From Oscillospiraceae bacterium (lineage in GTDB: Bacteria > Bacillota > Clostridia > Oscillospirales > Ruminococcaceae), in NCBI GenBank assembly GCA_017559185.1, contig JAFYSU010000034.1, forward strand, positions 90 through 64,089: 64,000 nt of DNA. The letters are read 5' to 3'. A program made the position numbers and the translations under genes. The notes beneath the pieces are model-generated. The model had not been told where the DNA came from and searched no databases. It saw only the letters and a list, made by a program, of their open reading frames with translations. Below, one piece after another: positions 36,080 through 44,436 of the stretch (position 1 is the stretch's first letter; each line of letters starts with the position of its first letter).

Positions 36080-36751
36080 TTAGCTCATGTAATCGCCATT
36101 ATAGCTTACAAGCACCGCACTTTGAATTCCATCCATTTCGGCCAGCTTGTTCACAAAGTCAGTGTTATCGTTTTTCAAACGAAGCTCGTAGTTAACCTCA
36201 ACACCTGCGCGTGTAACAGTTTTGCTTTTAATAACGCAGCGTTCACAAACGCTTTCCAAGCATGCTTTTGCTGCTTTTTCAGCATCGTGTCCGTCACAGC
36301 GAATTACTGCTATGTACGGCTGAACATAGCTTTTGCGGTTGCTGAAAACCAGCAGCACCACACCAATAACCAAGCTGCCGAATACAGCAAGTGTAATAAG
36401 CCCCGCAGCCAAAACTATACCTGCTGCCAATGCCCAAAACAGAAAAACTATATCCATTGGGTCTTTTATTGCTGCTCGGAAACGGACAATGGACAATGCA
36501 CCCACCATACCAAGCGAAAGCACCACATTGCTTGTTACCGCCAGTATTACCAGTGTGGTTATCATTGTAAGTGCTATGAGCGATGTTCCAAAACTTGCGG
36601 AATAAAGCACACCGTTGTATGTTTTCTTATAAATGAAAAAGATAAATGTTCCCAAGCCAAACGCAAGCAGCAGCGCAAGAACCATATCGAACATAGATAC
36701 ACTTGTTATATTCTCCAGAAAGTTAGATTTAAATATGTCTTGAAAAGTCAT
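36080..36751 (-). CDS. DUF4956 domain-containing membrane protein
   Basis: About 4 TM helices with the conserved SIVRFRAAIKDPMDIVFLFWA block, plus a soluble C-terminal domain. GGAGGA upstream of the start. Confidence 0.7.
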   Translation of the reverse strand: MTFQDIFKSNFLENITSVSMFDMVLALLLAFGLGTFIFFIYKKTYNGVLYSASFGTSLIALTMITTLVILAVTSNVVLSLGMVGALSIVRFRAAIKDPMDIVFLFWALAAGIVLAAGLITLAVFGSLVIGVVLLVFSNRKSYVQPYIAVIRCDGHDAEKAAKACLESVCERCVIKSKTVTRAGVEVNYELRLKNDNTDFVNKLAEMDGIQSAVLVSYNGDYMS

Positions 36752-36768
36752 TTTTTGTCCTCCTTATA

Positions 36769-37449
36769 TTAACCGTACTTACGGCATATTGCGTATTTTG
36801 AAAATGCCGCAGCTCTGCGGCTGTCCAGCTGTATTATATCTTTTATTAGTGCGGGTAAAAAGTTATCGTACTTTACCTCCATTAAATATGCGTTTTCCGA
36901 TGTCGGAAGTGTAATCCCTTCATCGGTCAGCCAGTTACCCCGTGCATTACCTGTGCGTATTTCTCGGTCAAGTGTTACACGCACATTGCCTGCATCAAAC
37001 ACAAACGGCTCTCGTATATAATCCACAAGCACTTTGGGTTCAAGTCGCTGACATTTCAGCTTTACATAAAACTCCCGCACAAGCTCGTTTTCGTGGTTTA
37101 TCATCCAATCCCATTCACCTGCCGTTACCGCCAATGCTTGTTCAGCGGTAAGTTTTGCAGACTGCTTATTTCCCAACCCGTTAACCTTTGTTTTTTTCTC
37201 CAGCTTTATGTGAGATGAATCATTGTTATACAAGCGAATTCTGAATTTTTCGCGTATGGCTGTACCGTTTAGTTTATCCAGAAGTGCCTTGTCCTCGGGT
37301 GTATCAAAATACAAACTTCTTATTTTATATTCACCGTTTTTGTCGGCATTTGGGTCTTTATGCAGAACAGCTCGCAGCCGTTGGCGCACCGTAAGGTAGT
37401 CGGCATAATTCAACGGGTATTTCAGTTCGTGTCTGAATTGCACCGTCAT
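36769..37449 (-). CDS. VTC-domain (polyphosphate polymerase / triphosphate-tunnel type) protein
   Basis: N-terminal FRHELKY strand followed by alternating charged beta-strand pattern (YKIRSLYFDT, REKFRIRLY, IKLEKKTK, LMEVKYD). Start ATG 37449; GTG 37443 is also possible. Confidence 0.7.
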   Translation of the reverse strand: MTVQFRHELKYPLNYADYLTVRQRLRAVLHKDPNADKNGEYKIRSLYFDTPEDKALLDKLNGTAIREKFRIRLYNNDSSHIKLEKKTKVNGLGNKQSAKLTAEQALAVTAGEWDWMINHENELVREFYVKLKCQRLEPKVLVDYIREPFVFDAGNVRVTLDREIRTGNARGNWLTDEGITLPTSENAYLMEVKYDNFLPALIKDIIQLDSRRAAAFSKYAICRKYG

Positions 37450-37611
37450 CTGCTCCTTTCCTTTTAGCTTAACATTACAGCTTGCATTGTACTGCTGCAA
37501 CCTTGAAAGTTCATTGAACACTCATGCTTCAATATTACTTCAATCCAAAGCATTATAATTAAATCCACAATATATAAAAATAAAGTACAAAATACAGGGA
37601 GGATATATTTC

Positions 37612-38292
37612 GTGAAATTACTGCTTGTAGAGGACGAACTTGCACTTGCCGAAGCCTTGTGCAGTGTTTTTTCAAAAGAAAACTACATAACCGACCATTG
37701 CGACAACGGAACCGACGGCTTAAACAATGCTCTTACAGGCATTTATGATGCCGTTGTATTGGATGTAATGCTTCCTGGAATGAACGGATTTGAAATTCTG
37801 CGTGAAATGCGAAAAAACAAAATTTCTACTCCCGTTATAATGCTCACGGCAAAATCACAGCTTGAAGACAAGATATACGGTTTGGACAGTGGAGCCGACG
37901 ATTACCTTACCAAACCCTTTGAAACTGGGGAGCTGCTTGCAAGAATACGCGCTGCCACCCGCCGAAAAGGCGAAGTAACCTCCAACACTTTAAGCTTTGG
38001 CGACCTTGAGCTTCGACAAAAATCAGGGGAGATTTTCTGCACTGCTACCACACAGGCTGTGCGTCTTGGCAGCAAAGAATTCCAATTACTTGAGTTTTTA
38101 ATGAAAAACCAAAAGCAAATAGTAACAAAGGAACAGCTTATTGAACGCGTATGGGGCTACAATGATGAATCGGAATACAACAATGTTGAGGTTTACATTT
38201 CCTTTGTTCGCAAAAAGCTTACCTTTGTTGGTTCAACCGTAAAAATCAAAGCTGTACGCGGTATGGGATATTCATTGGAGGAAAGCGTATGA
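37612..38292 (+). CDS. OmpR-family response regulator
   Basis: Receiver domain (LLVEDE, VVLDVMLPGMNG, LTAK) plus winged-helix output (VYISFVRKKL, RGMGY). GTG start after GGGAGG. Confidence 0.9.
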   Translation: MKLLLVEDELALAEALCSVFSKENYITDHCDNGTDGLNNALTGIYDAVVLDVMLPGMNGFEILREMRKNKISTPVIMLTAKSQLEDKIYGLDSGADDYLTKPFETGELLARIRAATRRKGEVTSNTLSFGDLELRQKSGEIFCTATTQAVRLGSKEFQLLEFLMKNQKQIVTKEQLIERVWGYNDESEYNNVEVYISFVRKKLTFVGSTVKIKAVRGMGYSLEESV

Positions 38293-39539
38293 TAGAAAAT
38301 TTAAATCGAAAAATAATTGCCACTCTGATGTGTATTTTGAGTATTGTTTTTATAGGCATAGTAGGCAGTATAAACATCGTAAGTTATCATACCAATCAAC
38401 AGCGCGTTATGGGGTTTTTGCATGTTATTGCCCAAAATGACGGCAAGCGTCCCCAAAACAGCTTTCGCTTACGCATGAACAACCGCCCTTCCACCCCTGC
38501 AAAGTCTGCACCAAACACCCCACCACAAAAAAACGATGCTATATTCGGCCTTTCTACATTTGGTTCGGTTAAATTTGACAAGGACGGAAATGCAATTCAG
38601 GTTTTTCAGGATAAGGAGGGTTTTTACACTAAAGACGAAATAGTCGAATTAGCCAAAAACGCCTTGAACTCCGGCAAGCGTTCCGGAATAGCCGACCACC
38701 AAATGTTCCTTGTTCAGCAGCGACAAAACAGCGACCTTGTGGTGTTTGCCGACAATCACTTTGCCGAAGATGCTGCTGCACAGCTATTTATAAGCTCCTG
38801 CATTTTAACCTTAATCGGACTTATAATAATGTTCTGCATTTCAATAATGATTTCCAACTGGTTGGTCGCACCTGTAAGCAAAGCATTTGAACTTCAAAAG
38901 CAGTTTATTTCCGACGCAAGTCATGAGCTTAAAACACCGCTTTCGGTAATAACCACAAATGCCGAGGTTTTGGAAAGTGAAATTGGCGAAAACAAATGGC
39001 TTTCTTACATTCAATCGGAAGCACTGCGAATGAATACGCTGCTTGGAGAATTGCTCGCACTTGCCCGTTTGGATTCCAACGGTGTGCAAAATGTTTTTTC
39101 GGAATTTGATTTGAGTAAAGCGGTGGAAGGCTCTGCACTGCCTTTTGAAAGTACGGCTTTCGAATCCGGTCGTACCTTTAATTCAAACATTTCCGAAGGC
39201 ATTACCTTTAACGGAAATCAAGATAAAATTAAACAGCTCACAGCTATATTGCTTGACAACGCATTTAAATACAGCCCTGTAAACGGTGAAATATCCGTTT
39301 GTCTTACACAGATATCGGGAAAAAACATCTTAACGGTTTCCAACACCGGTGACCCTATACCCGAAGAAGAACGCAAACATATTTTTGACCGTTTTTACCG
39401 CACCGACAAAGCACGCTCGCGTGCTAACGGCAGTTACGGCTTGGGCCTTGCAATAGCTAAGTCAATAGTTACCGCACATGGCGGAAAAATATTCGTAGAT
39501 TGTGCCGACGGAAAGGTAATCTTCACCGTAGTGCTGTAA
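38289..39539 (+). CDS. Sensor histidine kinase
   Basis: Two TM helices flank an extracytoplasmic loop of about 150 aa. H-box FISDASHELKTPL. N, G1 and G2 boxes (LLDNAFKY, DRFYRTD, GLGLAIAK). ATGA overlap with the response regulator gene. Confidence 0.9.
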   Translation: MIENLNRKIIATLMCILSIVFIGIVGSINIVSYHTNQQRVMGFLHVIAQNDGKRPQNSFRLRMNNRPSTPAKSAPNTPPQKNDAIFGLSTFGSVKFDKDGNAIQVFQDKEGFYTKDEIVELAKNALNSGKRSGIADHQMFLVQQRQNSDLVVFADNHFAEDAAAQLFISSCILTLIGLIIMFCISIMISNWLVAPVSKAFELQKQFISDASHELKTPLSVITTNAEVLESEIGENKWLSYIQSEALRMNTLLGELLALARLDSNGVQNVFSEFDLSKAVEGSALPFESTAFESGRTFNSNISEGITFNGNQDKIKQLTAILLDNAFKYSPVNGEISVCLTQISGKNILTVSNTGDPIPEEERKHIFDRFYRTDKARSRANGSYGLGLAIAKSIVTAHGGKIFVDCADGKVIFTVVL

Positions 39540-39572
39540 AAAAAGCGGCTGTTTCACAACAGCCGCTTTTTA
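39540..39572 (+). terminator. Terminator directly after the histidine kinase gene and before TraX
   Basis: Stem agcggctgt / acagccgct followed by TTTTT. Confidence 0.75.
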
Positions 39573-39598
39573 AAAATTCTGCAAGGGAGGAAGCGCAT

Positions 39599-40270
39599 AT
39601 TAACGGACAGCAACTAAAGACACTCGCAGCTTTTTTCATGCTTCTTGACCATATTGCCGTAATCATAATATTTTCTCTTTTGGGAAGCAGTCCTTGGCTT
39701 CTGCCTGTTTTCACGCTTCTTCGCACCGTGGGAAGATTGTCGTTCCCGATATTTTGTTTTTTACTTAGTGAGGGGTTTCGTCATACCAAAAGCCGTAAGC
39801 GTTATTTTTTGCGGCTTGCTTGCTTTGCAGTAATCTCCGAAATACCTTTCAATCTTGCCTATGCAGGTACTGTTTACTGCTCCGACAAGCAAAATATATT
39901 TTTTACACTTGCTGCCGCACTTGTTACACTGTGTGCATTTGAGCGCTTTAAAAATAGCTTACCTTTAAAAATCGCAGCGACAGCCGCAGGTTGTGCCGTT
40001 TCACTGCTGCTTAACACCGATTATGCCGTAACGGGAATTATAATACCGTTAATGTTTTATATTTCAAGCAATAACGCCGACCGCCTATTCCTTGCCGGCA
40101 GTGTCGCCTTTTTTGACTCACTCCAATTTTATGGAGCTGGAATACTTTCCTTAATTCCCATAAGCTTTTACAATCAAAAGCGAGGCAATGGCAGTTCTTT
40201 ATTTTTCTACCTTTTTTATCCGCTTCACTTTATTGCCTTGTTATTTATAAAGCATATAATGAGCATATAA
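39599..40270 (+). CDS. TraX family membrane protein
   Basis: Conserved LKTLAAFFMLLDH N-terminal helix. The only SD-supported in-frame initiator is ATT 39599, 8 nt after GGGAGG. ATG 39638 would remove the conserved segment. Confidence 0.65.
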   Translation: MNGQQLKTLAAFFMLLDHIAVIIIFSLLGSSPWLLPVFTLLRTVGRLSFPIFCFLLSEGFRHTKSRKRYFLRLACFAVISEIPFNLAYAGTVYCSDKQNIFFTLAAALVTLCAFERFKNSLPLKIAATAAGCAVSLLLNTDYAVTGIIIPLMFYISSNNADRLFLAGSVAFFDSLQFYGAGILSLIPISFYNQKRGNGSSLFFYLFYPLHFIALLFIKHIMSI

Positions 40271-40307
40271 AAAGCACTCTGTTATGTTAAAACAGAGTGC
40301 TTTTTTG
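40269..40307. terminator. Bidirectional terminator (TraX / TRIC-like convergent)
   Basis: Stem agcactctgtt / aacagagtgct, flanked by A- and T-runs. Confidence 0.85.
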
Positions 40308-40308
40308 T

Positions 40309-40959
40309 TTATCTTTCGATTTTTACACTTGGAAGGTCCCAACGGTATTTACTTGCTGCAACACGGATTATTGTAACAAGCATAGCACTTATAAACATTG
40401 CATAACCGATAGGCAGCATTTTCAAAAGCAGGCTGTATGTCAACGCACCTGCAATAGATGCACTTGCATAAACCTGTTTTTGAAGAACAACAGGTTTTCT
40501 GCCGGCAAGCACATCACGCACCATACCGCCGCCAATACCTGTAGTTACACCAAGCACGATTATCAAAAAGTCGTATTCGCCGTAGCCTGCTGCAATACCT
40601 GTATCCATACCTACTACTGTAAATATACCCAAACCAATAGCATCAAGGAAGTTTACAATCTTTTCACTTTTTACATAACGGTTGTTTAATGTATGCGGGA
40701 AATATTTAAAGCAAAGGAACAACAGTACCGATGTAATAAACGCTGCTGTAACATAAATAGGATTGCGGAACATATTTGGAGGTATGTTTCCAATTAGTAC
40801 ATCTCGTATCATCCCCCCACCAACCGAGGTTATAATACCAAGCACAACCACACCAAACAAATCAAGCTTTTCACGCACTGCAACAGCTGCACCCGACAAA
40901 GCAAAGGCAACTGTTCCAACCATTTCCATAACAAAAACTGCTGAAGTATACAGTTCCAT
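40309..40959 (-). CDS. Trimeric intracellular cation channel-like protein (UPF0126 / YadS family)
   Basis: Two UPF0126 repeats, each with the GGGMIRDVL / GGGMVRDVL glycine motif. Seven predicted TM helices. Confidence 0.8.
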   Translation of the reverse strand: MELYTSAVFVMEMVGTVAFALSGAAVAVREKLDLFGVVVLGIITSVGGGMIRDVLIGNIPPNMFRNPIYVTAAFITSVLLFLCFKYFPHTLNNRYVKSEKIVNFLDAIGLGIFTVVGMDTGIAAGYGEYDFLIIVLGVTTGIGGGMVRDVLAGRKPVVLQKQVYASASIAGALTYSLLLKMLPIGYAMFISAMLVTIIRVAASKYRWDLPSVKIER

Positions 40960-41070
40960 ATCATCAGAACCTTTCTTTTCCCTTTTAACGGCGCTTGTAT
41001 CACCGTTTCTTTAATTTATGTAAAGATTATAGCAGACTGTTTTTTTAAAATCAACCAATAACAAGCAAAT

Positions 41071-41108
41071 AGGAAGCTCGTTCCTAACATTGCAGGAACG
41101 AGCTTCCT
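41071..41108 (-). terminator. Hairpin downstream of the duplicated lipoprotein gene
   Basis: 14-bp perfect stem ggaagctcgttcct / aggaacgagcttcc. Weak U-tract. Confidence 0.55.
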
Positions 41109-41158
41109 TCTACTCATTCAAGGAGCTATTTTCACCGGCATAGATTACTCGTTAAACT

Positions 41159-42118
41159 TTACTGAAGACCTGCAATATATTCTGCAGTAACATCTGTTGT
41201 TTCTGCAGCAATAACATCCATTGCATCAATAACTACCTGTGGTTCTGCTTCTACGATAGTTGCAACATCACCGTCGCCCATGTCAACAGTCAAAGTACCG
41301 TCGCCATTATCGGTAGTTGTGAAGTTAATCTGCAAACCGGATTCGTCATCTGTAAGAGATTCAATTCCTGCTGCTTCATCGTATACATAGTTACCAATAA
41401 CGGAAATGCTCTGTGTGCAGTCAGCAGACAACATAAACATTGCACCACGGGTAGCAGTTTCGTCAACTGCGAAGAAAACAGTTGTTTCGCCATCAGGCAT
41501 TACACCCTGATAGCAGGACCAGCCTGTCAGGTCAACAGCAGTTTCTTCAGCAGGTACAGCTTCTTCAGCGGCAGGAACTTCAAGACCCTGTGCTTCGTAC
41601 AGGGAAGCTATGTACTGTTCTGTTACATCCTCAGTTCCTTCTGCAATAACATCCATTGCATCCAAAACTTCCTGAGTATCGGAAAGCACTATTGTTGCGG
41701 AGTCACCGTCTGCAAAGGAAATTTCAATGGTGCCGTCTTCGTTTTCCTGATGTGTATAGTACATGGTCAAGCCTTTGTCAGCATCTGCAATGTACTCATA
41801 ACCCAGTTCTTCATCAATGCCGTTTTCACCAAATACGGAAATGCTCTTGGTTGCATCAGCCGAAACAATTACCAAACCACCGGCGGTAGAATCTTCGTTA
41901 AATACATAGAACAGTGTTGTTTCGCCGTCAGCCATAACACCTTGGAAAGCTGTCCAGTTTGTAATGTCAATTTCCTCTTCGGCAGGAGCAGCTTCTTCAA
42001 CAACCTCTTCAGCAGCAGGAGCACTTGTTTCTTCAGCTGGTGCATCTCCACCACCGCAAGCAGCAAAGCTGAATGTCATTGCAGCAGCCATAAGGATAGC
42101 TAAAATTTTCTTTTTCAT
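41159..42118 (-). CDS. Hypothetical acidic lipoprotein with an internal tandem domain duplication
   Basis: Lipobox MKKKILAILMAAAMTFSFAAC. Two domains of about 125 aa are clearly alignable (ITNWTAFQGVMADGETTLFYVF... / LTGWSCYQGVMPDGETTVFFAV...). Confidence 0.7.
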   Translation of the reverse strand: MKKKILAILMAAAMTFSFAACGGGDAPAEETSAPAAEEVVEEAAPAEEEIDITNWTAFQGVMADGETTLFYVFNEDSTAGGLVIVSADATKSISVFGENGIDEELGYEYIADADKGLTMYYTHQENEDGTIEISFADGDSATIVLSDTQEVLDAMDVIAEGTEDVTEQYIASLYEAQGLEVPAAEEAVPAEETAVDLTGWSCYQGVMPDGETTVFFAVDETATRGAMFMLSADCTQSISVIGNYVYDEAAGIESLTDDESGLQINFTTTDNGDGTLTVDMGDGDVATIVEAEPQVVIDAMDVIAAETTDVTAEYIAGLQ

Positions 42119-42159
42119 TTTCCACTCTTCCTTTCAACTTAAGTTCTGTATATTTTTAA

Positions 42160-42186
42160 AACAGAGGGGTAAACATTTGACCCCAT
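42160..42186 (-). terminator. Candidate terminator after the helical lipoprotein gene
   Basis: Minus strand GGGGT..ACCCC stem followed by TCTGTTTT. Confidence 0.45.
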
Positions 42187-42193
42187 AGTGCCA

Positions 42194-42685
42194 TTAGTAC
42201 TGAACTTCCAAGCCATGTTCAGCAGCCAAAGTTTCCAAAGCAGCATTGTATTCATCCAACAAAACAACGCCTTCGTCAATCTTTGCAACAGCTTCGTTTA
42301 CGGTAGCTTCATCCCCTGTACTGCAAGCTTCAAGCAGCTTTTCATAACCTTCCTTGTATGCAAGCAAAACTTTTTCGTATTTTGCTTTTACAGCCTTCAC
42401 TTCTTCTGTTTGCAGTTCAATTTTAGAAAGCATATCCAATGATTCATTAATGATAGGGAGTATGCTGTTTTCTATGCAATGTGCTATTTCTTCATCGCTT
42501 GTCAAATTTGCCGATTCTTCAACCGCTGTCTTCAGTTCTTCATAATTTGTGTTTACCGCTGCCATATCGGTATTAAGGAATTTTTCAAATTCTTCTGCAA
42601 CAGGGTCTCCTGCACAGCCTGTAAGAACAGTGAATACCATAACAACAGTAAACAAAATCGCCATGAATTTTTTAATGGATTTCAT
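42194..42685 (-). CDS. Hypothetical helical lipoprotein
   Basis: Lipobox VFTVLTGC. GGAGG 9 nt upstream of the start. Glu/Lys/Ala-rich, predicted all-helical. No family recognised. Confidence 0.65.
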   Translation of the reverse strand: MKSIKKFMAILFTVVMVFTVLTGCAGDPVAEEFEKFLNTDMAAVNTNYEELKTAVEESANLTSDEEIAHCIENSILPIINESLDMLSKIELQTEEVKAVKAKYEKVLLAYKEGYEKLLEACSTGDEATVNEAVAKIDEGVVLLDEYNAALETLAAEHGLEVQY

Positions 42686-42782
42686 TTTAAAAAACCTCCT
42701 TCATTAACCTAAACTTTTTTGGAGCACATATGTTTGATATACCGGTTCATATGTCAAACATCCCTTTTTTAGGTATTGGGAT

Positions 42783-44432
42783 TTATCTTGAACCGCCTCC
42801 GCGGCCACCACCGGAAAATCCGCCGCCGCCGCCATGCGAAGCACGACCGCCACGACCTTCGGAGCGTTTTTTCTGGATAGCTCGCTGTGCTGAACCGTAC
42901 ATACTGCTGCGATAACGGTAGGATGCCATAACATTTCGTTCATATCTGTCAATCTCGGCAACTTTTTCAGGATAAACCTTTTTGAATTGTTCCATAACCT
43001 TATCAGCAATACCCAAAAGGGCTGCATATATCATGTAATCCTGCCAAATTACCGTTTCGCTTATCTCTCTTTCGGAAATAAGTGAAAATTCATCAAGATA
43101 TTTTTTAAGTCCGACAACCTGCGCCAATTCGCTTTTGCCTTTTTCGTTCAAGTCCTTAATGCAGTTGCCTGCACCGTTTGCAAAACCGCCTTTGGCTGCG
43201 AATTCGGTTTCACCGTCTTCTTTTACTTTACTTATAAAGCTTGTAATTACTTCGGGATTTGCATAGGAATAGTTTTCAAGCTCTTTTTCCTGCAAAATGC
43301 CGTCATCACCTGCGGATATCTTTAAAATATCGTAAAGTTGTTTTTGCAGAATATTTTTCGGCTCTTTAATTATCTTAAGACTAACATTCTGTTTGCTTCG
43401 TCCCAAGAATCCTGTTTCTTCCTCGACAACAGCCTCCAGTACACCATCGTTTATCATTGAAATTATGAGTGCACCAATTATAAGGCTTTCCTCGTCAGCT
43501 GCATCAAAATTCTGTGATAAGTAGTATGTAACCGCCATACTGCCGTCGTTTGGAACATCACGGAAATATGGTGCTGCTTTAAAGAATTTTTTAATGGCTA
43601 TCTTTCGTTTTATGTACCAAACAGCAGTCCATATCATTACTGCAATAATACCAAAAAATACTATAATGCCTACTATGCTGACATCGTCGTCATCGTAGTC
43701 ACTGCCTTCGAAAGCTCTGTCTTTTACTTCATCAAACGAACAATCTTCTTCATATGCAGGGGACACAATGCCTTTATCAAGTCGGAGCATGAGTATCATG
43801 GAATCTTCACCGCTCAAAGCAGTATTTGAATAGGCAACTACACAGCCCTCATAAAACTCTACCATGCCGTCGAAGCCAAAGCCCCATATTGCAGTGTTTT
43901 CTTCCGAAAGATATGTTCCGTCGTTCATTACCACCACTGCGGTTACATCGGTTGGGAATGTGGACATACCCGGATTTACAAGCATGAAGTTTGTACCGTC
44001 ATAATCCGAGTAGCTTTTTATAAAGTCCTCAACAACATACTCGATTGCGTAAACATTTTCACCATATTCCGATATACCAAAGCAAAGCTCCACACCGTCA
44101 TATGTTTCATTTATTCCGCATTTTCTTGACTTTTCTTCAAAGCTTGCATCAACATCCCAGTAATCAACAAATTCATATTCGCCGTATTGGTCAGAAACTT
44201 TAAGCTGTGAAACAGCTATATCTTGTGTTGAGATTGGAATGTAGTTTTCGGTTCCTTCGTGAAATGTTCCGCGCCATGTTTGAACAATATAGGCACTTCC
44301 GTCGTTTTGCAAAACAACTTCGATGTCCATTTCAGAAACATTGTTTTGTGCCGAAGCCAACACTGCCCCTGCCGTTAAACATAACGCCGCCGTCACGGAA
44401 AAAAACAGTTTTCTAAAAATGTTCAATGCCAT
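42783..44432 (-). CDS. DUF2207 domain-containing membrane protein
   Basis: Signal peptide, DUF2207-type N-terminal beta domain (IEVVLQNDGSAYIVQTW...YIPIS), central TM helices and a Gly-rich tail GGRASHGGGGGFSGGGRGGGSR. Lies 4 nt after the lemA stop. Confidence 0.75.
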   Translation of the reverse strand: MALNIFRKLFFSVTAALCLTAGAVLASAQNNVSEMDIEVVLQNDGSAYIVQTWRGTFHEGTENYIPISTQDIAVSQLKVSDQYGEYEFVDYWDVDASFEEKSRKCGINETYDGVELCFGISEYGENVYAIEYVVEDFIKSYSDYDGTNFMLVNPGMSTFPTDVTAVVVMNDGTYLSEENTAIWGFGFDGMVEFYEGCVVAYSNTALSGEDSMILMLRLDKGIVSPAYEEDCSFDEVKDRAFEGSDYDDDDVSIVGIIVFFGIIAVMIWTAVWYIKRKIAIKKFFKAAPYFRDVPNDGSMAVTYYLSQNFDAADEESLIIGALIISMINDGVLEAVVEEETGFLGRSKQNVSLKIIKEPKNILQKQLYDILKISAGDDGILQEKELENYSYANPEVITSFISKVKEDGETEFAAKGGFANGAGNCIKDLNEKGKSELAQVVGLKKYLDEFSLISEREISETVIWQDYMIYAALLGIADKVMEQFKKVYPEKVAEIDRYERNVMASYRYRSSMYGSAQRAIQKKRSEGRGGRASHGGGGGFSGGGRGGGSR

Positions 44433-44436
44433 CTCC

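Noticed and set aside
42704-43027. 107-aa minus-strand ORF and 61-aa plus-strand Pro-rich ORF at the 3' end of the DUF2207 gene
   Set aside because: These are alternative frames of the Gly-rich (GGN-repeat) tail coding region. Low-complexity artefacts.
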